DNA from: Octopus sinensis
Taxonomy: Eukaryota
Assembly (NCBI RefSeq): GCF_006345805.1
Contig: NC_043009.1
Location: forward strand, 24,056,001 to 24,120,000
DNA length: 64,000 nt
Reading direction: 5' to 3'
A model generated the notes under the pieces. That model ran no database searches and was not told where the DNA came from. It saw nothing but the letters and a program-made list of their open reading frames with translations. The position numbers and the translations under genes are program-made. Below, piece by piece: positions 1-12,771 of this stretch (within the stretch, counting starts at the first letter, position 1; the number at the start of each line of letters is the position of its first letter).

Positions 1-99
1 TTTTCTCCTTATCAACTTGAGACGTTTGTTTGTATGCCTATATAGACGCATTCAAATTGGCTTTCTAGGTTCAGAATAGCAACAATAATTATGATGGGG

Positions 100-126
100 T
101 TGTCAGCGACTAAACCATATATACAC

Positions 127-177
<51 letters not shown>

Positions 178-262
178 TACGACGGGCTTCTTTTAGTTTC
201 CATCTACCAAATCCACTCACAAGGCTTTGGTCGGCCCGATGCTATAGTAGAAGACGCCCACA
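100..262 (-). mobile_element. tRNA-derived SINE family A, partial copy
   Basis: Reverse complement matches the body (ctactatagc..gggccgaccaaagccttgtgagtggatttggtagatggaaact..aagaagcccgtc) of the fuller copies at 11708, 14518 and 62960. Confidence 0.75.
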
Positions 263-803
263 TTCTAATCACATCTCCATAAGTGCTGGAATTTGTCCTT
301 TAATGTGAAGTAGCGGCTCGACCTAGACTCGTTGACCTCTCAGCTAGATACCCTGTCAAGTACGTTATCCCACAGAATTTGGGAGGAACCATATTTCGGC
401 CACTTGAATTCCCGATCGGACATTTACGGCTATTACCTCCAAAAGTGTTATTATATATCGCTTACGAGCCATTCATCATTACAGTTGATAGCATAAAGGT
501 GTTTCACTACTGTTAACAAAACACTTCAATTTGTTTTAAAATAATTCTTGAGTCTGTGATATAAAACGGATCCAGAGAGTCGGATTATTGTTGCAAACAT
601 TCATAGGTTCTAATGGTGTAACTAACTCAATGCCAATATATTCAAATCTACGTATCACCAGAGTTAATGATTATAATATAATATATGAAATTATAATTGA
701 GGATAACTACGATACCATCGTGTAAGAAATGGCAGTTAAAATAAGTTTTTTATTCTCATGCTGGGTACTTGATATGTTCGTTGTTTTATATAACGGTCTT
801 TAT

Positions 804-867
<64 letters not shown>

Positions 868-982
868 AAAGCAATTAAGATTCAAGTCAATTCTAATGAA
901 TTCACTTGAATATGGTACTTAACTTAGATGCACCAGAAAACTATATGGTGTTAACCAATACAGTAGTGTGGGGTGATTATAA

Positions 983-1613
983 ACGAGAAAAGAAGCAACA
1001 AGAATGGATTAGTTTTTAGTACAATTGTTTCATACAAAGACAGGCTTTATTAAAAGTTGCAAATATTGCAGCAGATAAAAGTGTCCCGTACTCATCAGCT
1101 AAAATACATATGAGTTCTCTAAACATCTTAGTGGGTGAGGCTACACTCATGAAGTATTGGAGATAATTTCATTATTTCAGTAATGTGGCAAATACCTTAT
1201 AATATAGCATGAAATTATACCCACCTCATTGTGGATTAACCATGGATAAATTCATCGTCTGTGAGTATGAAATACCTCCTCATATCTCTGGAAATTTACA
1301 CCTACACTATGGATGGATTAAACTTCTCTGTGAAACTAATAAGCTTTTTTAAAACCTGTGATAAGACTGTGCATCATCATTAAAGAACTTTGGAAGTCTG
1401 TTTACAACCTGAATCTGCTTTTAATGAAATTATCTCCAATACTTCATGAGTGTAGCCTAACCCACTAAGATGTTTAGAGAACTCATATGTATTTTAGCTG
1501 ATGAGTACGGGACACTTTTATCTGCTGCAATATTTGCAACTTTTAATAAAGCCTGTCTTTGTATGAAACAATTGTACTAAAAACTAATCCATTCTTGTTG
1601 CTTCTTTTCTCGT
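983..1613. repeat. Fold-back element 1: 192-bp inverted arms (983-1174 / 1422-1613), 247-bp spacer
   Basis: Arms are reverse complements with about one mismatch; the element (from ~865) lies between (TA)n tracts. Confidence 0.95.
1492..1582 (+). ncRNA. Type I hammerhead ribozyme motif (mirror copy 1014-1104 on minus strand)
   Basis: TTTTAG-CTGATGA-[stem II GTAC..GTAT, extended GACA/TGTC]-GAAA-CAATTG-TA-CTAAAA. Stem I TTTTAG/CTAAAA, palindromic stem III ACAATTGT, GUA cleavage triplet. Confidence 0.8.
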
Positions 1614-1684
1614 ATATATATATATATAATATATATATATATATATACGTAAGTATGTATATATATGTATATATATGTATATAT

Positions 1685-2577
1685 ACTAGCTGACATTCCC
1701 GGGAATTCCCGGGAAAGTGGGGATTATCCCCTGGTTCCGTTCTCATAATTGTTTCGGTAATCCAATAACAACAATATGAAATATGTAGCCCTCAAAACGA
1801 TTTTTGCGCATTTAAAGAGAACAGCGAACTATCTTACACATGATCTTGTTTTTAGGAATTCCCAATAAGTTATGAATACCTAAATTGTGAAGTCAGTTAT
1901 GTTATAACATGAAATTTGTTACCCGATAGTAAGAATTCAAATAAAGTAGCCCCGAAAATAGCTTTAATGCATTCCCAGAGTATACAGAACTTAGAAGGAA
2001 ATATTAATATTGTATGTATACCTAAATTGTGAAGATTTTACATAATCAGATATGGGATAAATTACAATTCAAGGTAAATAACTCTGAAGAGGGCTTTTGT
2101 GCGTTACCAGACAATATTACCCTGAGCGGCGCTAGTGTTGGTATACTTGTGAATAATTCACTAATCGAAATATGTGGATCTATTGTTTAGGAAAAAACTA
2201 TTTACTTGTTTAAGGGTTGTACTGGATAAATTGCAAAAATAACTCTAACAGTTCAAATACTAAGAAATAAGCATGATCAAGTTAATTTATACCAAATGAT
2301 TTAGAAAAATGAATTGGTTATTTCCCTTGCCTGGTAAAATTTGGGCGAATGGGTTATTTTCCTTGGCTGTTATAATGAAATATATTAGATATATATATAT
2401 AAGGATCCCTTCCAAGGGCTCTATTGTCAACGTTTCAACAAGTCGAGTATGCCATGAGGTTTTCAGGCATGAGATCCGCTCACGTGTCAAGTTTCATCAA
2501 ATTCGAAAAAACGATGTAGGGGATTTAGCTAACAACTCCACAAAACCCACAGACACCATTTACCACATATGTAGTAT
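1685..2577 (+). mobile_element. Helitron/Helentron-like non-autonomous element, copy 1 of a tandem pair
   Basis: Starts ACTAGCTGAC with subterminal palindrome attcccgggaat; ends aagtttcatcaaattcg..acagacacc..gtagtat; non-coding; in TA-rich site. Confidence 0.55.
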
Positions 2578-2642
2578 ATATATTATATATATATATATAT
2601 ATATACGTAAGTATGTATATATATGTATATATATGTATATAT

Positions 2643-3529
2643 ACTAGCTGACATTCCCGGGAATTCCCGGGAAAGTGGGGATTATCCCCTGGTTCCGTTC
2701 TCATAATTGTTTCGGTAATCCAATAACAACAATATGAAATATGTAGCCCTCAAAACGATTTTTGCGCATTTAAAGAGAACAGCGAACTATCTTACACATG
2801 ATCTTGTTTTTAGGAATTCCCAATAAGTTATGAATACCTAAATTGTGAAGTCAGTTATGTTATAACATGAAATTTGTTACCCGATAGTAAGAATTCAAAT
2901 AAGTAGCCCCGAAAATAGCTTTAATGCATTCCCAGAGTATACAGAACTTAGAAGGAAATATTAATATTGTATGTATACCTAATTGTGAAGATTTTACATA
3001 ATCAGATATGGGATAAATTACAATTCAAGGTAAATAACTCTGAAGAGGGCTTTTGTGCGTTACCAGACAATATTACCCTGAGCGGCGCTAGTGTTGGTAT
3101 ACTTGTGAATAATTCACTAATCGAAATATGTGGATCTATTGTTTAGGAAAAAACTATTTACTTGTTTAAGGGTTGTACTGGATAAATTGCAAAAATAACT
3201 CTAACAGTTCAAATACTAAGAAATAAGCATGATCAAGTTAATTTATACCAAATGATTTAGAAAAATGAATTGGTTATTTCCTTGCCTGGTAAAATTTGGG
3301 CGAATGGGTTATTTTCCTTGGCTGTTATAATGAAATATATTAGATAATATATATAAGGATCCCTTCCAAGGGCTCTATTGTCAACGTTTCAACAAGTCGA
3401 GTATGCCATGAGTTTTCAGGCATGAGATCCGCTCACGTGTCAAGTTTCATCAAATTCGAAAAAACGATGTAGGGGATTTAGCTAACAACTCCACAAAACC
3501 CACAGACACCATTTACCACATATGTAGTA

Positions 3530-3530
<1 letters not shown>
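2643..3530 (+). mobile_element. Helitron/Helentron-like non-autonomous element, copy 2 (period 958 bp)
   Basis: Near-identical direct repeat of 1685-2577 differing mostly by small indels. Confidence 0.55.
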
Positions 3531-3584
<54 letters not shown>

Positions 3585-3953
3585 GATAGAGAGAGATGGG
3601 TATTCCTTTATTTCGTCTGTTACTACTTATGTTCAGCAGTTTTCTGTGATATATAATTTCACTCTGTAAGTGTGCTTCTTAGAGATACATTTTTAAGGCT
3701 GCGTGCGTAACGCTGGTGTGCATTTGGTAATTTTTAAATTTTTATTTTTATTCATGGATGTGATCTTACATATTCCTGGGTTGTTGATTTTAAAGTTCTC
3801 AACCATTTTGCTGTCACACAAGGATTTTCGACAAAATATAAATTATGATAATGAATGAAAATTGAGACTTTTGAATAAATTGCTACTCTGTTAAAATGCA
3901 GCAATATATACATATATTTATATATATATGTATATATATATATTATATATATA

Positions 3954-4024
<71 letters not shown>

Positions 4025-4029
<5 letters not shown>

Positions 4030-4330
4030 GTATTCGGCCACGCTATCGTAGAGTTGCGAGTTCGGTTGACGGTAGCCCGTCGTGTCCTCGTGCAAGACAC
4101 TTTATTTCACGGTGCTCCGGTCCAGTCAGCTGGCAAAAATGAGTTCTACCTGTATTTCAAGGAGCTAGCTGTATTACATTCTCTGTCACGCTGAATCCCT
4201 TTGAGAAGTATGTGAAGGGGTACACGTGTATGCGGAGTGCTCAGCCATTTGCGTGTTAATCTCACGGGGCAAGCTGTTCTGTTGATCGGGTTCAGCTGGA
4301 AACATCGTCGTAGTAAGTGACGGAGTACCA
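4025..4330 (+). mobile_element. Probable SINE (family C)
   Basis: Decayed tRNA-like head (B-box-like gagttcggtt) followed by a GC-richer ~300-bp body; adjacent to (TA)n. Confidence 0.45.
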
Positions 4331-4426
4331 TTTTATATGTATTATAAGGGAATAGTTAGTACGAAGCATTGTGTGGAATATAGTTAAATAATATTTAATC
4401 TCGAATAACTTGTGTGTGTGTGTGTG

Positions 4427-4457
<31 letters not shown>

Positions 4458-4777
4458 GGAGAGAGAGAGAGAGCCAGTGAGGGAGGGATTATGTGAGAGA
4501 GAGAGAGAGATACACGCACACACTTAAATCGGCTTGATAAGAACACGGATCTGAATGTTGTTCTCATTCTCATAGACACAGCATTGTTTTACAATGAATA
4601 ACATATAAATGAATATCTTTGTTTTTTTTATGATTCTGTAAGAAGGAGCACCTCTCACACAATAGTCATATAAGTGTTTATTTTTTCCTTGTATTTTCCG
4701 GTACAATCCGAAAGAATTTCCATTGAACATGGAAATAGACCTTCTTATGCATACACACACACGCATACATACATACA

Positions 4778-4823
<46 letters not shown>

Positions 4824-4949
4824 ATTAAAATGAGGGCGGAAAATTGGATATTAATCTGATAACATCGATTTAACACCAGTGGTGTAGCATATTGAAAAAA
4901 CTGAAGGTCCACTAAACTGCATTCCCTCATATATATATATAAATATATA

Positions 4950-5003
<54 letters not shown>

Positions 5004-6138
5004 TATATATAATATATATACATATATATATTATGTATAAGAAGGTATTTTTACATTCTCTCTTTTGATTTCCAATTGTTCCATTCTGTTTAAGAGCGTA
5101 ATCTCGAAAAATAAGTCTACCCTTCCCGAGCGTTAAACTAAAACACCTATTTATTATTTACACATCTGCCTTCGTCTTCTGTTTTTTTGTTTTGTAAATT
5201 CCAACTATACACACACACATATATGTATACGCTTTTGAAAAGCAGTAAAAATATCACGGAAATTGTTACTCAGAGTTTCACATTCCCGTTCGTCGTACAG
5301 TTTTGTTTAGAAGGGAACAAAAATAAGGTTATAAGAAACAATATGCAATTAGTTTAATGGATACACATTTGAAAATGGTTTTGTTTCATTGGTCCTTTCA
5401 AGTAACTATCTCGTTCATAACAGTTGTATGCAATGAACAAATTGCGGTATAAAAACATCTTACTATAAAAAACATTCGAAGAAAATCCTAAATAAAAAAT
5501 AGCTTATAAAGAAGGGCAGAACCTGAATACCCAGGGTAATTAATTATCTGTAAAATATTAATCAGTTTATACATCAAATGTTATATCCATTTAAAAAAAA
5601 TCGTTGGATTAAATATACATTTAACAGTATTTACGCATACCAAATCATCTATAATATACATATATACAGTAAACATGCAGACGCATGTACATAGCTACAT
5701 ATATATACAGACATATATAAATATATATACAAATATAAATATATATACAAATGCATATATATGTATGTACGACACAAACACGCCGCGCATAAAATCTCCT
5801 GGCTTATGCTTATACTAGTTGTTACATGCAAAAGAATGAGAAGGAACAAATCAGAAAATATTAAGTATGGCGGGGAGGAAGAAAATATTGGAAAAAAAGA
5901 AAAAAGAAAAAGAAATAAAAGAAAGAGAAACAGAAAACTAGAGATAAAGAGAAAATAGATAGGGATAAAGAGTGTAACATCATGGCGTTCGAAAGTATCT
6001 AAAGATAATTAGACACTGCGTTTAGCTTGCGCAACGGACACATAAAAATGTACACATGAAATTATATGTATATCTATATAGGCACAAAACACACATACAA
6101 ATATACACATATATAGATACGCATACAAATATACTAAA

Positions 6139-6537
6139 ACTAGCAGTATAGCCCAGCGTTGCTCGGGCTTGTTTTCTTTTTGACCCTTTAGAATTAGAAT
6201 TTTTGAAAAGTAAAAATTTTGTATTATGTAGCTTGTTATTCTCTTTAAGTGAACATTTTTCTGGTTGAAATACACCGAAAAATGACTATACAGCAGTCAA
6301 AAAATCGTAAAAAATAGGGATTTTCCTAGAGAAAAAAGCACCTTTTTGATGTAAATAATTTTTAGTGTTAACATGGTCCGATTTGAATTTTTTCTTCTAC
6401 GGAAGGAAAAGCAAGCTTCTTCTCATCATACTCTCAATTTTGGTCAACTTGCGCCTCAGGGTTTTGGAGGAGATAGTGTTATTTGAAGGCTACCAAACAT
6501 GCCATACACAGACAACTTCAGCTTTATAAATATAGAT
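6139..6537 (+). mobile_element. Helitron-like non-autonomous element
   Basis: 5' ACTAGCAGTATAGCCCAGCGTTGCTCGGGCT (subterminal IR agccc/gggct); 3' acagacaacttcagctttataaatatagat. Confidence 0.6.
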
Positions 6538-6709
6538 ATAAAAGCAAATACATGCCCACACATATACAAGTATACACACACATATATAGACATTCATATA
6601 TGTATGCATATACATATATATATGTATATAAATATATTCATATATATATTTCGTTTTTGGATTTGGTTTGCAAGATTCTTTAAATGAGTTCGTGTGTTGA
6701 AGCATATTC

Positions 6710-6937
6710 TGTTGTGTCAGGGGAGAGTCATTCTCTTTTAGCGCCTTATTATTTAACACACTCACCGGTAAAATTTCAACTTATTTTTAGTTTCTAAAGA
6801 GAGTCAAGACTATTGAAAAGGTTGCAAGACGCAAAGAAAATTTTAGAAAATAGAAATAAGAAATAAGTGGAAATTTTACCGGTGAGTGTGTTAAATAATA
6901 AGGCACTAAAAGAGAATGACTCTCCCCAGACACAACA
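6710..6937. repeat. MITE-like hairpin with ~77-bp inverted arms
   Basis: tgttgtgtcaggggagagtcattctctttt..ccggtaaaatttc (6710-6787) is the near-perfect reverse complement of 6861-6937. Confidence 0.85.
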
Positions 6938-6954
6938 TTCATATATATGTATAT

Positions 6955-8142
6955 ACTAGCATTAAAGACCCGTCGTTGCCGGGTCATAGTGCTAGTGCAT
7001 GTATATATGTGTATATATGTGTATATATATGTGTACATATTACATGTACATCTATATATATACATCTACACATAAAATACAAAATACAAAGTTATATCTT
7101 GATATCGCTAGTGATAACAATACTCAAAATATATAACAGACTGGAATTGTTAGCCCGTCTCTTGTATTTCGATCAATTGTATCTTGTCCCCCTCTTTTAT
7201 AGACGTGTTGCTACAATCCAGCCTACCTCTACTTCTGGGGGGGGGGGCATTTAAAATTTTTTCCGGGACTTCCTACGTCCCAGATATAAAGGTAAAAATG
7301 GAATATTTCCACTTTGCAAGTTCGAGTCGAGTACTCCCTTGCACGCTCCGTTGACTCGAACCTTGCTTCTATTGTGACCAATTTACCGCCTCTGGTTAGA
7401 TATCTTTCATTGACGCACCAAGACACTTTTCGATGGTGCTTTGCTCCAGGAGTTCAAATCTTTTTTCTCTACATTGTATACTTTATAGACAATAGTCTTT
7501 TCTTTAATTTAATTTTTTATTATCCATCTGGACTATTCCATTTCTGCACGCTAATTTTATTTTCAATTTATTCCCATTCATGTGAAACCACTTATTCAAG
7601 TTCAAGTCATTGATGCAATTTTATACCAATTGCTATTTTTACTTTTGTTATGTTACAATTATGTTATACTTTAGTTTGATTTTAATTATTACTTACTACA
7701 TATAATTCAATTGTTATTATTATTTTTATTGTTAAAGGAAAAGTATCTGACATAAAATGTTTTTATTTCACTTTTAACACGTAATACTGAAATAGTAGAG
7801 AAGATATGATATTGCTATGGGCTCACTCTAGGCAAGAATTTGAACATTTTTTTCTGCCCATGAAACTTCATGGACCCTAAGTAAGGCATGTGTAAATTTT
7901 AAATGAAATTGGTTGTGTAGTTCTCAAGCGTTAGGGAATCGTAGTGGAGAAGATATGATATTGCTGTGGGCTCGCCCTAGGCAAAAAGTAAAAAATTTAT
8001 TTTGCCGATGACACCCCCCGGACCCTAAGTAAGGCATGTGTAAAATTTGAATGAAATTGGTTGTGTAGTTCTCAGGTTTTAGGGAAACACACAGACAGAC
8101 AGACAGACAGACACACATTCTCAGTTTTATATATATAAAGAT
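6955..8142 (+). mobile_element. Helitron-like non-autonomous element with internal ~149-bp duplication
   Basis: 5' ACTAGC with IR gacccg/cgggtc; 3' (acag)n-cacattctcagttttatatatataaagat; direct repeat 7794-7928 / 7943-8076. Confidence 0.6.
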
Positions 8143-8562
8143 ACATATATGCATATATATATATATATATATATGCACATACACACACATTTTACGCACA
8201 CAGACATATGCATATACATACACATACATACCTATAATACATACAAACACATAAATATATAGAAACATATCTTCATATCAAGATAAATATATACATCATA
8301 ATGTTTAACTATTTAAAAGAAACTGTCCGGTGTAAATAATATTAAAACGTAAAAATTTGAAAAACTGTACATTAATTTGATATAACATAATTAAATACGT
8401 GAGTAAACAACAAAAACGAACCTTGGCGAAGCTAAAGCTTTAATTTGTAAAACAGTTGAAAGCTTTCTTAAAAACACTAGCATTGCAATGCAAAGTAACT
8501 ATAACGTGTAAAGTCAAATTCAAATGCGACAGTCAAAAGAATATTTCGAAAGTCAAAACATT

Positions 8563-9060
8563 TTACCCATACGGTATTTTGTCGGTTGACATTTGAAACT
8601 TTACGGCGTGCCTGCAGGAATTTAAGAGCTCGCGCCTCTGGTTTAAAGCATTTTTATCCTGGAACATGATGAAGAACTTTCCTGAGAGTAGAGTATTACC
8701 TTTCATAGGTCTTTTATAAACTCCATGTCTGTATGCTGATGCTTTTTCTAGAATTTCTGCGGTTACATTGAAAGGACGGGTGTCATTATCTTTCAATACC
8801 CAGACATGCTTTGCAAGACTATTCGCTGCCCTATTCTCGGGGTATCGGAAAGAATTTCGGTGGGAATAGAATCGCATCTTGAATGAATTTTCCGAAGCCC
8901 CTGTATATTCTTGCGAGACATCTATTTGCATTTAGGCTCTATAAACAATTCCTTTTTCAAGACATCTACCTTCCAACGGACAGCAAGTCACATCTTTGAA
9001 GTTGCAGTTCCTCAGATAAGATTCGGGTCTGTAGTTGTCTGTAAAAATTTTCGTGTCATG
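8563..9060 (-). pseudogene. Penelope-like retroelement GIY-YIG endonuclease remnant
   Basis: Reads CNFKDVTCCPLEGRCLEKGIVYRA*MQIDVSQEYTGASENSFKMRFYSHRNSF..SLAKHVWVLKD..ILEKASAY..ALNQRRELLNSCRH: the C-terminal linker plus GIY-YIG pattern of PLEs, with an internal stop. Confidence 0.8.
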
Positions 9061-9344
9061 CTGGCTAACAAAAGAGGCGAAGCTTTTATAACAAAAATAA
9101 TTTGCAGTGTTCTCCTATCAAATGTCTAATTTAATTTTCTGCTTCTCTTTCTTTTATTTCTTTTCCTTTTTTCTTTTTTCCACTGTTTTCTCCCCACCAT
9201 ATTTAATATTTCCTGATTTGTTCCTTCTCTTTCTTTCGCATGTAACAACTAGTATAAGCATACGCCAGGAGATTTTCTGCCTGTGCGTGTGTGTGCGTAC
9301 ATACATGCATGCATTTGTATAAAAATTTGTCTTGCTTACATATG

Positions 9345-9401
<57 letters not shown>

Positions 9402-9822
9402 AGCTATGTACATGCGTCTGTATGTTTAGTCTATATATGTATATTACAGATGGTTTGGTATGTGTATATACTGCTAGACGTATATGTAATCCAACGTGAT
9501 TTTTTTTTTAAACGGATATAAATTTAATGTATTAATTGATTAATATTGTACAGATAATTTTTTACCCTGGGTATTCAGGCTCTGCTCTTCTTTATAAGCT
9601 ATTTTCGATTTAAGATATGCTTGTTTTTTTTTTGTTAAATAATAAGATCATGTTTTCATACTGCAGTTTGTTCATTTGATGCAACTGGAAACGTAAAACT
9701 CTGAATAACAGTTTTTGTGATATTTTTACTGTTTTTTAATAGAGCATATTACTCTACCTCTGGTATTTGAGTACTATTTTTACCACCTTGTTCCGTATTT
9801 ATGCACTTACTCTGGTGTATGC

Positions 9823-9890
<68 letters not shown>

Positions 9891-9944
9891 CATATATATA
9901 TATATATGTGTGTGTGTATGTATATATATATGTATATATGTATG

Positions 9945-9995
<51 letters not shown>

Positions 9996-10103
9996 CACCG
10001 TGACCGACCAGGCTATCAGATGTTGCTACACATCGCTGGTCACAATGCGCTTCGCATTGTTTTAGCCTTCAAATGACGCCACCCCCGCTGGCTAAGCGAG
10101 CAA

Positions 10104-10174
<71 letters not shown>

Positions 10175-10191
10175 TATATATAAATATATAA

Positions 10192-11641
10192 AATTCCTGG
10201 GTAAGACTGGAACAATGCGAAATAAATCCAACGTAAGTCACAAGAAAGTAGGCTTATAAATTAATGGTGACTTATCCTGCATTCAATACTTTAGGGTTAT
10301 GAGCCCCTCTTCAGGAATTAGCGAATATTGCAGATGTACACGTGTCGAATATTGTCAGTATGTTGTGCAAATTTGATTTTTCAATAAGTGATATTAAGAA
10401 TGTGTTGAGAGCATCTTACATGATGGTATATTAGTGTTTTCTTAGTATGTACTTGCGTATGAACATGCGAGAGTTTTTGAAGCAATTTTGTTTAAAACAT
10501 TCTTGTAGGTGTGTATTCCTTGAAAGTGCACAAAGAAAAACAAGAAATGCAGTGAAGTGACCGACAATGGCACCAACTCCAAGCAGTTCGTCAGAGATCT
10601 GTCTCTGAATGGGTACCCAGTGCTTTCTAAAGCTACCACATGCTAATGACAGAACTACTGCTGCGATACAACATGCAGTCCACAAGGAGGGACTCGGCAT
10701 ACAGATAATACACACCGGTCCATCCTTGAGAAAACTTCTGAACTTTTTTCACAACATCGAGGAGTGTGCATTATCAAATTGCCCTATCAAGGGCCTCAAA
10801 ATGTGCCCGAGAGCTATGTTGTATACGAGGTCAGCTGCGGCAAATGTGGCGCATCTTACATAGGACGTGAAGAAACATCTACGAAACTGCGAGACCCGAG
10901 AGTTCACAGTGCACATCAGAGCAACATAGTGCAACAGAGGCAACCTTAGAATCTCCGAAGCCATATTATTTTCTAAACTAAGCACAAAGCCCAAACTTTT
11001 GCGGGGGGTGGGGCACGCGATTAAGTCGACCCCAGAACGTAAGTGGTACTTAAGTTATCAACCCCGAAAGGATGAAAGGCAAAATCGACCTCGGCGGAAT
11101 TTGAATTCAGAACGTAAACACAGACGAAATACCTATTTCTTTACTACCCACAAGGGGCTAAACACAGAGACGACAAACAAGGACAGACAAAGGGATTAAG
11201 TCGATTATATCAACCCCAGTGCGTAACTGCTACTTAATTTATCGACCCGGAAAGGATGAAAGGCAAAGTCGACCTCGGCGGAATTTGAACTCAGAACGTA
11301 GCGGCAGATGAAATACCGCAAAGCATTTCGCCCGGCGTGCTAACGATTCTGCCAGCACGCCGCCTTTCTCCGAAGCCATATTAATACACCAACGGAAGCA
11401 GACTATCAACAACAGAAGAGACTTACATGAAGCTAGCTGGTTCCAATTGCAACAACCTTCTACCCATGTCTATTCTCCACATACACACATGCATCTACAT
11501 CTACAACATTCGCTACTTCCTGAAGAGGGGTCAAAATCTCGAAATATTGAGTGGAAGATAAGTCACCATTAATTCTGATCACTGTTTTCTTGTGATTTAC
11601 CTTGCATTTATTTCGTATTGTTCCGGCGTTAACCACGAATT
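10192..11641 (+). mobile_element. Decayed Penelope-like element with ~150-bp inverted terminal repeats (10192-10345 / 11490-11641)
   Basis: Coding relics DLSLNGYP, LPHANDRTTAAIQHAVHKEGLGIQIIHTGPSLRKLL, CALSNCPI and VVYEVSCGKCGASYIG; both termini contain cctgaagagggg (degenerate HHR core); flanked by (TA)n. Confidence 0.75.
10999..11366 (-). mobile_element. tRNA-derived SINE family B, two tandem pieces inserted in the PLE
   Basis: Reverse complement contains ggcg..tggcagaatcgttagcacgccgggcgaaatg and gagttcaaattccgccgaggtcgactttgcctttcatcc (A/B-box-like). Confidence 0.8.
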
Positions 11642-11643
11642 AT

Positions 11644-11707
<64 letters not shown>

Positions 11708-11709
<2 letters not shown>

Positions 11710-12118
11710 CGTAGGAATGGCTGTGTAGTAAGTAGCTTGCTTACCTACCACATGGTTTCGGGTTCAGTCCCACTGCGTGGCACCTTAGGCAAGTGTGTTC
11801 TGCTATAACTTCGGGCCGACTAAAGGCTTGTGAGTGAATTTGGTAGACGGAAACTGAAAGAAGCCCGTCGTATATATGTATATATATGTACGTGTGCGTA
11901 TATGTTTGCGTATCTGTGTTTGTCCCCCCCGCAACATCGCTTGACAAACGATGCTGGTGTGTTTACGTCCCCGTAACACAGCGGTTCAGCAAAGGGACCG
12001 ATAGAATATGTACCAGGCTTACAAAGAATAAGTCCTGGGGCCGATTTGCTCGACTAGAGGCAGTGCTCCAGCATGGCCACAGTCAAATGACTGAAACGAG
12101 TAAAAGGGTAAAGAGTAT
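11708..12118 (+). mobile_element. tRNA-derived SINE family A, full-length
   Basis: ggcgtaggaatggctgtgtagtaag..gggttcagtccc (A/B-box-like), internal microsatellite, tail ..ggccacagtcaaatgactgaaac. Confidence 0.85.
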
Positions 12119-12123
12119 ATACA

Positions 12124-12157
<34 letters not shown>

Positions 12158-12186
12158 CAGACACACACACACACACTTATATATAT

Positions 12187-12271
<85 letters not shown>

Positions 12272-12509
12272 TGCATAAGAAGGCCTATTTGCATATTCCA
12301 TGGAAAATACTTGAGATTGTACCAGAAAAATATAACGTCAAAACAAAACACTTATGTGACTCTTATGTGAGAGGTGCTCCTATCAGAAGATATACAAAGA
12401 TATGCATTAATATGTTTTTCATAAAACAATGCTGTGTTTATTTGAATGAAACCACATTCAGGTCCGTGTTCTTATCAAGACGATCTAAGTGTGTGTGTGT
12501 ATGTGTCTT

Positions 12510-12600
<91 letters not shown>

Positions 12601-12717
12601 CACCGTCTGCCTGTCTCGCTCTGTTTTTTTCTGACTGTCAGTCTCTTTCTCCCTCTCTCTCTCTTTCTCTGTCTGTCTGTCTGTCTGTCTCTCTCTGTCT
12701 CTCTGTCTCTCTGTCTC

Positions 12718-12769
<52 letters not shown>

Positions 12770-12771
12770 AA

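Noticed and set aside
2084-2130. CTGAAGA-GGGC in the Helitron-like element
   Set aside because: No properly placed GAAA or cleavage triplet.
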